Shown in pieces: positions 50,635 through 64,000 of a stretch of 64,000 bases of DNA. Position 1 is the stretch's first letter. Every line of letters begins with the position of its first letter. Below the pieces are notes generated by a model. The model did not search any database and was not told the DNA's origin. It worked only from the letters and a program-made list of their open reading frames with translations. This DNA is from Octopus sinensis. Its lineage: Eukaryota. The translations under genes and the position numbers were made by a program. The stretch spans positions 33,604,001-33,668,000 of the forward strand of contig NC_043005.1 in NCBI RefSeq assembly GCF_006345805.1, written 5' to 3'.

Positions 50635-51437
50635 CCTTTACCTTTTACTTGTTTCAGTCACTAGACTGCGGTCATGCTGGGGCACTATCTTGAAGGATTT
50701 TTAGCTAAATGTATTGACCCCTAGTACATATTTTTAAAGTCTGGTACTCATTGGTCTCTTTTGCCAAATTGCTAAGCTACAGGGATGTAAACAAACCAGC
50801 ACCAGTTGTTAAGCAGTGGAGGGACAGACAGAGACACATACACATATGTAGATGTATGTATATATATACAACAGGCTTCTTCAGTTTCTGCCTACTAGAT
50901 CCACTCACAAGACTTTGATCAACCCAGGGCTATAGTAGAAGACACTTGCCCAAGGTGCCACGCGAGGAACTGAACTAGGAACCATGTGGCTGAGAAAGCA
51001 GCTTCTTACCACACAGCCATACCTGCACCTATATATATATATATATCTTTTACTTGACTCAGTCATTAAAATTCAGCCATACTGGGGTACTGCTTTGACA
51101 AATATATTTTATCAAATGAATCTATTCCAATGCTTATGTTTTTTAAAGCCTGGTACTTATTGTATTGGTCACTTTTGCTAAACCACTAAATTATGAGGAT
51201 GTAAGCACACCAACACCAGTTGTCAAGTGGTTGTTAGGGACAAACACAGCCACAATGACACACACACACATGTATGTATGTATGTACAATGAGCTTCTTT
51301 CAGTTTCTGTCTACCAAGTCCACTCACAAGGATTTGGTTAGCCAGAAGGTATGATAGAAGGCACTTGCCCAAGGTTTCACACAGTGGAACTGAACCTAGA
51401 ACCATGAGGATGGGAAGGAAACTTCTTACCACACAGC
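50635..51437 (-). mobile_element. two tandem tRNA-head SINEs
   Basis: two consecutive inverted copies, each ending cttcttaccacacagc (about 51017 and 51437). Confidence 0.8.
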
Positions 51438-52649
51438 AAAATATAGCTGGTGTTCATTGGTTTTAATGGCACTCATCCACCAAATAAAGTTTTAGGAACA
51501 TTAGTTTTGCTCATTTTTCCTTTATTGTTTTTGTAAGAACTTCTAAAAGAAGGTGTTACCATGTTACCATTCCATTGATGATGGAATGGAAGCAGGGTTT
51601 GTATCCTTGGCTGTTGTGAGTTAGATAAATAAGCAAGACAAAATCATCATTGTAGTTTGGCTCATGATAGCATAGATATTAACAGTAGATATATAACACA
51701 CACTTGTTTATATGGTATGTAATGTATATGTCTGTATGTATGTATATGTACATACATGGAAGAAAGAGGAAGAGAGAGAAAGAATGTATATTAGTTGGAA
51801 ACAGCACACGAGTTTTATTTATTTTTATTTTGATTAGATGTTGTTGCCAAGTTATATCTGATTTATGCAGTTTTTCAATTTGGCTGACATTTAGTGATTA
51901 AGACATCTCTTTCTCCTGTGAATACAAATGCCAGACTGTTGCAACAGTTTTAGAGCAATCCCCTCACTACAAACTAAAAAACGTATTTTCCAGCCACAAA
52001 GTCCTCCTCCTCCTGTTATTGTTGTTTAACTCCAACCAAGTAGCTTCAACTTTGATCATCCCATCTTTTTGTATATATACAGTTCAATGTTCTTTTCTTT
52101 ACTGAAGATGGTGAGGCACACTTTGAAGAAACTTTAGCTATTATTCCTATCAGGCTGAGTTTCTGCCTAGTGGTTTCCACAGTGACTTCCTGTTGCCTCT
52201 AGTGACACAGTGTGTTAGGCAATGGTATTGATTGGCTATTATTTTAGACTGGATTGTTAGTGTGTTGATGGATGCATTTGTTAGGAACACAGTATGACAT
52301 CAGAGATAAGACAGATCATTGACCATTTTACCTGGCATGCCACTATCACAATGTTGAAATGGTTTCACACAAAACTGCGTAGCAAAATAGTGGTAAACAT
52401 TGAATTTGCTGCAAAAATGTTCTGACTTGTCATTGGTGATATTTATGAGTGTGATCACATAATGGTTTTGTTTACATTTTTGATGCTTGTGAGGAAATAT
52501 TTGTAGAAAGAAAAACCTCATGACATCAGGTGATCAATTTGTCTTATCAGGAAAAACAAGAACATACCAACAAATTTAAGCTTTGGAAAGGATTGTATTT
52601 ATTTCATTTAACACTTGTCAGTCCTATAATTATATATGATTTTAATACT

Positions 52650-53030
52650 TGGGTGTGGCTGTGTAGTTAAGAAGCTTGCTTTCCAACCACATAGCTTGGG
52701 TCCAGTCCCACTGTGTGATGTACTAAACAAGTGCGTTCTATTATGGCCTCAGGCCTGTTATACATACATATATAAATATATACACACATACATATGTGTG
52801 TATTTGTGTTTACCCTTGCCTAGACATCACATGATGGTTAAAAATGAGCTTCACTGTCATAGAAGCAATGCTGCTTCCAGTCTTCTAAATAAAACATGCC
52901 AGACTATGGGAAAATATTATCTTAGAAACAAATGATAGTTAGTGATAGGAAGGACAGCTGGCCATAGAAAATTTGCCTTAAGTTCCAGCTGGCCCATGGA
53001 AAGTGGACATTAAATGTGGATGATGATTAT
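52650..53030 (+). mobile_element. tRNA-head SINE
   Basis: gtgtggctgtgtagttaagaagcttgctttccaaccac head; tail gtggacattaaatg..gatgatgat. Confidence 0.75.
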
Positions 53031-53124
53031 GAGTTTAATTTTACTGCTCATTAATTTTTAATACTCATTTGATTTTAACACTCACTCAGTTGTAATGCTC
53101 ATTCAGTTTTAATCTTTGTCCTTT

Positions 53125-53493
53125 TTCTTTTTACATGTTTTGGTCATTAGACTGCAGCCATGCTGGGGCACCACCTTAAAGAACCTTTAGTTGAATGCAT
53201 CGACCCTTGGACTTTTTTTTTTAAGCCTGGAACTTATTTTATTGCTCTCTTTGCCAAATCAGTAAGTCACAGGGATGTAAATACACCAACACCAGTTGTC
53301 AAGTGGTGGTAGGGTACAAACACTGACAAGCACACATATATTTATGATGGGTTTCTTTCAGTTTCTGTCTATGAAATCCACTCACAAGGCTTTAGTCAGC
53401 TTGAGGTTATAGTAGAAGACACTAGCTCAAGGTGACAAGCAGTGGGACTGTACCTGAAAGCAAGCCTCTTACCACACAGCCACGCCTGTGCCT
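53125..53493 (-). mobile_element. tRNA-head SINE within a minisatellite
   Basis: full inverted copy ending cttaccacacagccacgcctg; aatactcatt-type units on both sides. Confidence 0.75.
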
Positions 53494-56400
53494 AATACTC
53501 ATTCAATTTAAACTGTTGTACTGCAATCACTGTTTGCTAGATAGGATTACAAAGTTCTTTCCAATTTGAAACTCTGACACCACTCACGCTATTACAATAC
53601 AACTTAAATACTCCCCGACGCTTAGCTTGCTCTAACATTAGAAAAGTTTCCATAAAATATCTTTTCAAAATCTCAAATATAATTTCACACAAATACGTTG
53701 CTGTCCCAAATCCTTCGTTGTTCAATTTGTATCTGACTGACATGGTGTGTTATGGCTATTATTAAACTGATCACCAAGGTCATTCATATACAGCATGGCT
53801 ATTGTGACCATGCTGGTTATTGTTTGGGGAGCAGACCTTGCATTCTATAAAAATTCAGATGAGTTTTTCTTTTTTTTCAAGGAGTGAAATATTTTGAGAA
53901 TAATTTATAGACTTATGAATATTTCTCAATGATGAAACAATCGAAGTAGGCCTAGCTATTTGGTTAAGAGGTTTGCTTTGTTATTGTGAGGTATTGAGTT
54001 CAATTCCATTCACTGGAATCTTAGACAAATGTTTTCTGCTCTAACTCCTGTTGACTAATGTCTTATGAATGGAATTTGAGGTAGGCAGAAAAATTGTATG
54101 GAAACCCTGTTGTGTGTATGAATATATATATATATTTATCATGGTATCAACCAGATTATTGGATGTTGTTATATATCACTGGTCACAATGCACTTTTCAT
54201 ATAGTTTTCTAATGATGCCAGCCACAGTGAATAGGCCAACATTTCTCTGATCAGAAGGCCATTCCAGTACAGGGTTCTCCATTTACAGTTGAATGAACTG
54301 GAGCAACATGAAATGGAATGTTTTGCTCAAGAACATAATGCACTACTAGGCCACATACCTTGATTTTACATAAGTATTTTGATACTAATAACCAGTTGTT
54401 AGAACTCAGTATACAAATTCTTTAGAATAAAGCATTAGGCAAGTACAAAACATAATACTAATTAATAATTGACTAGAGAACGACAGTCACATTATCATGT
54501 TCACAAGCTTACAGCTGTTTCTTCTATGAGTAGTGTACTCAGAGCTTTATTTTAAACAAATTCTTGAACCCTAAAATTGCTAGGAGACTATCTGACAAGT
54601 GTTTTGGTATGATTTTTCCTGACATGGCTTTATTCAGCCTAGTTCAACAGAAGACATGTCCAAGGTGTTGCCCAGCCAAACTGAAACACACACATGTATC
54701 TCTCTCACTCTATATATGTGTGTTACATGTTCAATACCAGTGACATGTAAATGGTACCTGTGCTGGTAACACATAAAAGGCATCCAGTACACTCTGTGGA
54801 GTAGTTGGCTATAGGAAGGGCATCTAGCTATAGAAACCAAGCCAAAACAGACTGGAGCCTGGTGCAGCTCTCTGGCTTACCAGCTCCTAATCAAACCATC
54901 TTACCCATTCTAGCATGGAAAACAGACACTAAATGATGATGATGTTATACATAGCCATAAGTTGCATAGGTGTTAAATAAATCAGCAGTTCAAACTTTGT
55001 AATCAATTATAAGAAAATAATATTGAATTTCATAACCCCTATGTAACTTAAGGCCCATCCTGTGAGTATATATGTATGTACATGAGTGTACATGTGTAAA
55101 ATAGTATATTGAGGCATGTCCTTATGCATCAAAGAGTAAACATATTGATTTAAGAGGGAGATCAATAAAGTACTAAGGTCAATCAGATGAACTTAAATCC
55201 ATGAAGACAGCCAGTCCAATGACCAGAACCAGTAACAGATTACAGAATAATGAATTAAGCTTTTAAATTCTTCCTTTTAGAAATCATCATCATTTAATGT
55301 CCGTTGTCCATGCTGGCATGGGTTCAGTAATGGGTTGTATAGTTCCTCATTCAAGTAGTGAAAAATGCTAAATTCTCTTTGCTATATTTGAGTAACATGA
55401 AATAAACTATCAAAGTTCATCCTATTAAAACTGATTGTATATCAATATATAGATTAGATAAAACATAATTACAGTGTCACAGTTGCTGGAAAAAAATTTA
55501 GTTTTCATTGCACATTATATACAGTCGTGGAAGAGGGAGGCCCTGAAGGACATAGAATGAAGTATTGAAGACTGACCTCAAAATGCTGAGCCTTACAAAG
55601 TAGATGACAGAGGACCTAGCTGTGTGGTGCATTACTGCACTCAAGAAGCCCTGTCCACCAGAACAGAATCGAGATCCTAAAACCAAGGTGCCACATAAAA
55701 GGCACCCAGTACTCTCTGTAAAGTGGTTGGTGTTAGGAAGGGCATCCAGCCATAGAAACCAAGCTAAAACACACTATGGAACCTGGTATGGGCCCCTGGC
55801 CCTTGCCAGTTACTGTCAAGCTATTCAACCCATGCCTGCAGGGAAAACAGACATTAAATGATGGTGATGATCTCTCTCTCTCTACCTCTACATGTAAATA
55901 AAATAATTTTTTGCATATTGAAATTAATACTATATGAGAAAGATCATGAAATGGCTGTATGGGAAAATAAACAGATTTTCTCCTATCCTAACTAGTGCAT
56001 TGGTGAAGGATGTAAGAATCAAAAAGAAAATTGGAAAAACTGGTGTTCTTCAAAATTCTCAGTTGATATCTAGTCTGCACCAATTTACAGACTCTCCCTT
56101 GTTATTTTCACTGTTGGAAATAGTGAACCAATGATTAGCCCAAACTGTCATTTATAAAATATAAAGACAATATAAATAGATGATGGTTGTTGAAAACTTT
56201 GTATAAGAAACTGAAGATGACGACAGGGATAAAATATATTGGTTGTCCCTAAAAATACATTTTTTATTATTTATCCTTAAAATACAAGATGGCATGGTGT
56301 GATTTGAGGGACATTTCATTATTTCTAGCAGGTTAAGCAACCATGTAGAGGCTTGAATTTGTTTAAGAAAATGTCCAATATGATATAGCAGGACAAGTGA

Positions 56401-57678
56401 TAATTCTTCATATCTGGCAATAAGCAGTTGAGAAAAAAGTACAACCCATAACCTAGCAGTTTGGCATAAGGGACAGATATAAGTACTAGGTTTAAAACAA
56501 AAAACAAAACAGAAAGAATAAGTACTGGGGTCAGTCATTAGGTTGTGGCCTGAGCATGGCTACAATCTAATGACTGAAAAAATAATCATCATCTGGTAAT
56601 GTCCATTTTCCATGCTGACACGGGTTGGATGATTTGACTAGAACTGGCAAGCGAGCTGCACCAGGCTCCATTGTCTGAATTTGCTTGGTTTCTATGCTTG
56701 GATGTCCTTCCTAACACCAACCATTTTACAGTGTTTGCTGGGTGCTTTTAATGTGGCACTGGAATAGAGATCTTGCAGGCCAATCCTCTTCATCAGAGGG
56801 CATGGCATTAACACCATTGCTGTGGAGAACGGGTCTTCTTGAGGACAGCAAGACACCAGATATTTCAGTCCTATAAAAGATATGTCTACTACATAGGTTT
56901 ACATATATTATAGCCAACCTTGACACTAGGTGCACTGGGTTACTTTCTGACAGGATTTGGATATAAAATAAAATGTTAAACACAAATGGCATGCAAATTG
57001 ATGGCTTCAGTTCTCTAGAGCTTCTACAGTTGACAGGTATATAAATGAATTGGCTACTTGTTTCTCTGTAATTGGTCAAGTGATGTAGACATTGCTGGTG
57101 ACACCAATAAGGGTCAAAAATTGATTCAAGTTGTTTGTCTTTTATTAAATCTACAGGGAAATAGGTATATGTTTGTATGTCTACTATGTAGGTTTATGTA
57201 TATGGATGAAACAATTTTATATTCTTCCAGCCAGTTCTCTGGCCTTCCCAATGCACACATATTTTGTTTTGCTCTGGTGTTTTAACCTTTCATGTTTTGT
57301 ACTACTTTTTTGGACAATAGTTTATACCTATAATTTCTCTTGTTGTTATCTCTCCCCTTTATCTTCCTTCCAATCAGTGGTTGATGCCTGATGCATGTCT
57401 CAATAGTATAAGGGCTAACTGCTTCAATAAACCATATTTCAACCTGTCATCTGATAAGATGGTTGATTATCAATTGTCTTAAGATCCACATTTCCATTCT
57501 GGTATGGGGTGGATGGAGTTTATTGAAGTGGATTTTCCATGGCTGGAAGCCTTTCCTATTGCCAAACCCCTCCAAGCAGGGTAATATTTCTCTATGGCGA
57601 GACATGTTCTCAAAAAATATTAGAAATGAATGACACAGCTTGTATGACAGTGACACTCATTTACAACTATCATGTGAT

Positions 57679-59022
57679 AAAAAATAATAATAATTATAAT
57701 TGTGTACAGTGCTCAGGTGCACTACAACTCATCTAAAGTGTATATATAATCAGGTGTAGTTTCGACGGATTTCGGAAAGCATGAGGGCCTTAAAGGATGC
57801 AGTGTCATGGCAGTCAACAACTGATGCAGGCAGTTTATTCCACGCTTCAGCAACCCTGAGCGTGAAAAAATGTTTCCGAAAGTCATGGGAGCTGTATTGT
57901 TTTCTGACTTTGTAGGCATGTCCACGTGTGTTAGACACATGGAGATCAAAAAGGTGTTCAGTGTTGTTGTTGGTGAGGTGGTTGATAACTTTGTGGGTGT
58001 TTACCAAGTCCGTCGCCAAACGCCGGAGCTTCAGTGAATCCATGCCCAGGGAAACAAGGCGCTCAGAATATGGTAGGTGTCTGATGGAGGGTATGCGTTT
58101 GGTTGCACGTCTCTGGACAGATTCCAGGAGGTCAATGTTCTGTGCAAGATAGGGGTTCCAAACTGATGATGCGAATTCCAAGTGTGGTCGTACCATAGCT
58201 GTATACAGTTTTAAATAGATGGCTGGAGAGCGGCTAACAAAAGACCTGCTGAGTGATGCCAAGACACCCTCGGCCTTCCTGACAATCTTAGAGATATGCT
58301 TTGACCAACGCAAATCACTGCTGACAGTGATGCCTAGGTCACGCTCGCAAGAGGATTTCTTGATATCAGTGTTGTGGAGGGAGTATGTGAACGCAGGGTT
58401 TTTTCTCCCAAAATGCATGGTGGTACACTTGTCCACAGCCAGTTTCAGTTGCCAGTCTGTGATCCATTGCTGCATTGTGTCTAGGTCTGATTGCAGGAAA
58501 GAGTTGTAGACATCAGGATCTGTCCTCTTGATTTCAAGGTACAGCTTGATGTCGTCTGCATATTTCAATACTGTGGCATTCCTTAAATTGGCATCTATGT
58601 CGTTAATGTATGCCACAAACAAGAGGGGACCAAGGACAGATCCCTGTGGTACACCCGATGACATCTCATATGGTGTAGAGTGCTGTCCTAGAACTGTAAC
58701 TACCTCCTTTCGGCTGAGGATGAAGGATTTCAACCAGTTAAAAAGGTCATCCCCCACACCCATTGCAGAGAGTTTCACCATAAGCCTTTTGTGTGGCACA
58801 GAGTTGAAAGCCTTAGCAAAGTCAAGGTAGACAACATCCACCCATGAGCCACTGTCAGTAATCTGAGTAATGTCCTCAAGGAACTCGACAAGCTGGTCAC
58901 TGCAGCTGGAGTTAGGGACAAATCCATATTGTGAGGGTCGGATGAGACTGTGAGAGCTCCAGAAGTTCCAGAGTGTTTCTCTGACACACGATTCCATCAG
59001 TTTTGCAATACAGCTAGTGAGC
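57679..59022 (-). mobile_element. 5'-truncated CR1-clade LINE nested in a SINE
   Basis: (ATT)n-type tail at 57680-57700, short 3' UTR, RT ORF; SINE sequence resumes across the insertion with a possible GTGAT duplication. Confidence 0.88.
57750..58997 (-). CDS. CR1-type reverse transcriptase (uninterrupted 415-aa C-terminal part of ORF2)
   Basis: QYGF, VDVVYLDFAKAFNSVPH, SGVPQGSVLGPLLF, YADDIKL, ERDLGI, VRPHLEFASSVWNP, LESVQRRATK, TRGH motifs. Confidence 0.9.
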   Translation of the reverse strand: MESCVRETLWNFWSSHSLIRPSQYGFVPNSSCSDQLVEFLEDITQITDSGSWVDVVYLDFAKAFNSVPHKRLMVKLSAMGVGDDLFNWLKSFILSRKEVVTVLGQHSTPYEMSSGVPQGSVLGPLLFVAYINDIDANLRNATVLKYADDIKLYLEIKRTDPDVYNSFLQSDLDTMQQWITDWQLKLAVDKCTTMHFGRKNPAFTYSLHNTDIKKSSCERDLGITVSSDLRWSKHISKIVRKAEGVLASLSRSFVSRSPAIYLKLYTAMVRPHLEFASSVWNPYLAQNIDLLESVQRRATKRIPSIRHLPYSERLVSLGMDSLKLRRLATDLVNTHKVINHLTNNNTEHLFDLHVSNTRGHAYKVRKQYSSHDFRKHFFTLRVAEAWNKLPASVVDCHDTASFKALMLSEIRRNYT

Positions 59023-60399
59023 TAGTGATGCCAAGGTAAGAAGGCACAAACACACCACACACACATATATACCTCAGGCTTCTTTCAGTTTTCATCTGCC
59101 AAATCCACTCACAAGGCAGCACAGGGCTATAACAGCAGTCACTTGGTCAAGGTTACATGCAGTGGAATTGAGCACAAAACCATGTGGGTGAGAAGCAAAC
59201 TCAACTTTGTTTGCATGCTGATATAATATATACTATCAACTACTGAAACAATCATAATGAAATAATTGAAATACCAGCAATCTGCTTTCTAATTATTATT
59301 TTAAAACTATATGTGACTCTTCCTACTATGTAATAGTCCTCACCTGTACAAATGCTCCACTTCAGAGTATCATAACACTGTGGGAGTTTAATGTAGCCTG
59401 AATTCTGAACTCAAACCTTGTATGGTAATTTGTTGTACAACTGCTTCAACACACACACATGTATGTGTGTGTAAAATTTTCTAAAATAAGTCTGCAATTA
59501 TACTTTGTGGTACCTTATAAAATGGTGTCTGTACACATTTGTTGCCAAATATACAGGAACAGGTGATTAATTTTAGACATTAGTAATCAAAGTTGGAGTA
59601 TTTAGTTCTGACCATGCTGAAGCGGAACAAAACCTAATCCAATAAACATTCGGATATTTAGGTTGTCAGAATTGCAAGTTTCCTGTATTCTAAATTTCAT
59701 TTAATGAGAGGCAGAGTTAGCTTTAGGACAAAAAACTTTTGCTTTTCCTTTCCAGCTTTGTTACTGCCTTACAAAAATTCAATGTTAATTATAGTCTTTT
59801 AAATTTTAGGGCAATACATGGCTACTTTGGCCCTCTGTATATAGTCTAAACCATATAAGATTTTTGAGGGTCCATGCAACACAGTAGTAAATTGGGAATC
59901 CGCAATAGTATTTTAAAGGCCCCTGAAAAAATTTTGCTTTAAATGTATATATCGCAAGAAACAACTAGGTTTCTTTCTCTAATGTTTTGCATAGTTCACC
60001 CTACACAAGTAAATATGTAATAAACAAAATAGGAATTTTGAAAGAAGTTTCTCTCAAACTAGTTTATAAACATCCAATCTAATTCTCCCTCTCTTTCACT
60101 CTCATTTATTATTGTTATTCATTCATTTATCTAATTTTGTCACAGTTTGACTGTTAGTTTATAGCTCTTGTTAAGAATGCAAATGTCCAATCTTTCACAT
60201 CGACAGCCAGAGTATTTGCTACTTCACGGTGTGCCCGTGCAATCCACCCCCACCACCTATACTGGAAGTCTTTATCCTCTGACCTCTGTCAGACATCTTT
60301 CCTGTGAACACCTCCAAAGGCTTAATGCTCCCCCATCCCTACTTAGTGTTTATCTCCTATGGAATGTAGTGATTATGTAGCGCATAAAATGATGGTGCA

Positions 60400-63300
60400 G
60401 GGTATACAGGTTGAAGGCTATTGTATGTTTGAGTTCTGCCAAATGTGAGCTTTCTTTTCAGATACATGATGCTGTTGTCCCCTATCCCAGGGTCTGATGG
60501 GCCCACACCTTCAGAGTTGGCACATTGAAAGGTAGGTCTCATGAGATTGTTGAGATGTTTGAACAGAGATTTGTGTTACATCCAAGAAGGTGGAGAGGAA
60601 GTTCTGCTAGGTTCTTCACAGGCAAAGAAAATAGGTTTAAGATTTTCTGAGTAGGGAACATTGATGGGGTTGGGGGCGTGGGTATACTTCTTGTGGAGAA
60701 ATGGGTTGATTAGGTAATCGAGGTAGTTAGAGTCTGTAATAGAATGCTTAAGCTTAGATGAGGGCTGCAACATGGATTAGCAACCATTATCTTGGCTTAT
60801 GCTCCTCAGCCAGGGTTACCTGATAAAAAGAAAGACCAAGTTTATGACACCCTCTTGCAGACTACCTCATCAACGAAGGACAGGAACCTTCTCTTTGTGG
60901 CTGGCAACTTCAATGGGCAAGTTGGACAACATGCAGGGAGCTTCCATGGTGGCTATGGATTTGGTTTCCGCAATGAGGAGGGAACCAGGCTGCTGGAGTT
61001 CTGTGATGCAAATGATCTTATGGTCTGTAATACTAACTTCAGGAAGCCTGCCAACACCTGTTCACCTTTCAGTCTGGTGGACACACTAGTCACATTAACT
61101 ATATTCTTGCCAGGAAACAAAAGATGGCTGCTTATGAATGCCAAAACCTTCCTAGGTTAAGAATGCACTCCACAACATAGGTTAGTAGTTAGTGACTTTG
61201 GGATCAGGGCTAAATGGATGCCCAGAAGATAACCAGCATGAAAAAAAAGGGTCTGGAAGTTTAAGTGAATGGACAGAAATTTAGAGATGTATTACTCAAA
61301 GCTTTACTCAAAAAAGAGGATATAGTAACATATAATGTGGAAGACAACTGGAGGTTCCTACAGGACAACCTGTTGAGGGCTACCGACCAGATCTGTAGAT
61401 GGTGCAAAGTTCCTTCTCGACCTAAGGTAACATGGTGGTGGAACAATGTAGTTGACAAGGCCTTTGGAGAAAAGAAACAGGCATGGAAGGACTGGAAGAA
61501 TGGTGGTAGCAGGGAACTATATCAGATCACCAGAAGGGAAGCTAGGAGACAGGTTTACTTAGCCAGTGAGGAAGCAGATCATCATCATCATCATTTAACG
61601 TCCGCTTTCCATGCTGGCATGGGTTGGATGGTTCAACTGGGGTCTGGGAAGCCAGAAGGCTGCACCAGGCCCAGTCTGATCTGGCAGTGTTTCTACAGCT
61701 GGATGCCCTTCCTAATGCCAACCACTCCGTGAGTGTAGTGGGTGCTTTTTACGTGCCACCGGCACAGATGCCAGACGAGGCTGGCAAACGGCCACGATCG
61801 GATGGTGCTTTTTACGTGCCACCGGCACAGGGACCAGACGAAGCTAGCAACAGTCACAGTCGGATGGTGCTTTTTACGTGCCACCGGCACAAAAATAAAA
61901 GTTCTGTGTTGTGAGGACCAAAGTCATGAAGTGTTTTGTGTTGCGAGACAGTGTGTGAGATAGAATTGCGATGTCATAGGAAAGAAATATGAAAACATGG
62001 ATGATGGCTCACTTGAATTTAATGAGGCTACAAAGAGAGAGACTTGGAGACACCACTATGAAAGGTTGCTAAATGAAGAGAATGAATGGGAGAAAAAGAA
62101 TCTACCAAATGTTGACCCAACAGAGGGACCAGTTGAATTGACAGTACCTTGGTAGATAAAGCAATTAAGGGTATGAAGACAGGGAAAGCCTCCAGCCCAT
62201 TAGGAATCACCACAGAGATGCTCAAAATATCTGGCAGTGTAGGCTATAGTCTAGTCACCTGAATAGTCAAACAGGTGATACATGAAGGAGTCATACCCAA
62301 TGACTGGTGTAGCAGCACCATACTCAACTGCTACAAAGGTAAAGGTGATGCATTAGATACGAATAATTACAGAAGTATCAAATTGTTAGATCAGATGATG
62401 AAATTCACGGAGTGGGTCATAGCCCAACTAATTAGGGAGAGAATTAGTTTAGACGAAATGCAGTTTGGGTTTGTGCCATGGAGAAGCACCATTGATGCTA
62501 TATTTCTGGTAAGACAGCTGCAAAAGAAATACCTAGCCAAAGATAAACCTCTGTACTTGGCTTTTGTTGACATGGAGAAAGCCTTTGACAGGGTCCCGAT
62601 CCCTTATCTGGTGGTCAATGCAGAAACTAGGGAGAGCTGAGTGGTTAGTGAGGGCTGTACAAGCCATGTACAGGGATGCTGTCTATAAGGTGAAGGTTGG
62701 CAATGAGTATAGTGAAGAACACCGGGTAATGGTAGGGGTTCACCAAGGATCAATCCTCAGCCCCCTCTTATTCATCATAGTGCTCCAGGTAATAACAGAG
62801 GAATTCAAGACAGGATGCACCTAGGAGCTCCTCAATGCTGATGACCTTGCTCTAATAGCTGAGTCACTATCAGAACTAGAGAAGTTTCAGATGTGGAAGT
62901 AAGGTCTAAAATCAAAGGGCCTTAGAGTCAATTTAGTAAAAACCAAAGTCTTAATAAGTAGGAAGACAGACAAATCAAAAATCCCTTCAGGTAGATGGCC
63001 CTGCTTGACCTGTAGAAAAGGTGTAGGTAGAAACTCCATAAGATGTACCCAGTGTAAGCTATGGACACATAAGAGGTGCAGCAATATCAAAGGAAAGCTA
63101 ACTTGGACAATAGTTTTTGTGTGTGGCAGATGCACTGAAACACTGAAAATGTGCAGAAAACAGCTTCTGTTACATGCCAGAGGGAAAAACTAGAAGTAGC
63201 TGATAGCTTCCGTTACCTAGATGAGTAAGTCTGTAGCAGGGGTGATTCCTCTGAGAATGTGGCTGCTAGAATAGGAATAGCCTGGGCAAAGTTCAGAGTG

Positions 63301-64000
63301 CTCCTACCTCTGCTGGTGACAAAGGGCTTCCCGCTCAGAGTATAAGGTAGACGACTATGATACATGTGTGCAAATAGCCATGCTACACAGCAGTGAAACA
63401 TGGGCTGTGACTGCTGAGGACTTGCAAGAAATGAAGCTACTATGCTCTGCTGGATGTGTAATGTCAGTGTGCATACACAGAGTGTAAGTGTCCTGAGAGA
63501 AAAGTTGGACATAAGAAACATCAGATGTGGTGTGCAAGTGAGACGACAGCACTGGTATGGTCACATTATGTATGGATGAGGACAGCTGTTTGAAAAAGTG
63601 TCACACCCTAATAGTGGAGGGAAGCTGTGGAAGAGGTAGGCCCAGGAAGACCTGGGATGAGGTGATGAAGGAAGACCTGGGATGAGGTGATGAAGCACGA
63701 CCTTCAAATGTAGGGCCTCACGGAGGCAATGACAAGTGATCAAGACCTTTGGAGATATGCTGTACTTGAGAAGACCTGGCCCTTCAATCATTGGGCAATA
63801 TACTGTACCCGAGAAGACCTGTTGAGTCAAGTGAAATCACTGTCGTGGCCAATGCCAGTACCACCTGACTGGCGACACACAAAAAGAACCATTCAAGCAT
63901 GGTTAATGCCAGTCCCACAGGATTGGCTACCGTGCCAGTGGTACATAGAAAGCACCATACAAAGGTGGTCGATGCCAGTACCACCTGACTGGTCCCATGC
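60400..64000 (+). mobile_element. near full-length degenerate RTE LINE (APE endonuclease + RT + PHD + 3' UTR), runs off the window
   Basis: AYAPQPG, VAGNFNGQVG, GYGFGFRNEEGTRLLEFC (endonuclease); PNDWCSST..CYKGKGDALD, QFGF, DMEKAFDRVP, GVHQGS (RT); many stops and frameshifts; same family as 7681-10047. Confidence 0.92.
61578..61890 (-). mobile_element. younger RTE 3' UTR fragment inserted antisense into the older RTE
   Basis: (CAT)n tail at 61578, terminal domain, three ggtgctttttacgtgccaccggcac units at 61741, 61804 and 61866; host ORF2 resumes at about 61891. Confidence 0.9.

Noticed and set aside
61741-61890. CRISPR array
   Set aside because: Spacers are homologous to each other, there are no cas genes, the context is eukaryotic, and the units belong to the RTE 3' UTR

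Overview
AT-rich, repeat-dense eukaryotic DNA with no complete host gene visible. The repeat families and the (TA)n/(CA)n/(GAT)n landscape look like an octopus (coleoid cephalopod) genome; this is recognition from memory, not a search result. LINEs: two RTE-clade copies of one family (7681-10047 minus, young, 9-bp TSD; about 60400-64000 plus, degenerate), a second RTE lineage (about 39920-42385), a CR1 copy with an uninterrupted RT ORF nested in a SINE, and many RTE 3'-end fragments. DNA transposons: a complete IR/DR-type Tc1 (DD34E, 224-bp TIRs), mariner and maT/DD37D relics, two non-autonomous Helitrons, and piggyBac, hAT and Tc1-type MITEs. Also present: tRNA-head SINEs and fold-back Penelope-like remnants. 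A repeat-poor, CpG-retaining block at about 32.5-38.7 kb probably holds a host promoter or first exon. Most notable: the main RTE family has a C4HC3 PHD finger inserted inside its RT and a tandem hairpin + H-type pseudoknot array in its 3' UTR, and the fold-backs carry hammerhead-like motifs with non-canonical cores. All coordinates were read by eye; boundaries of decayed elements are approximate.
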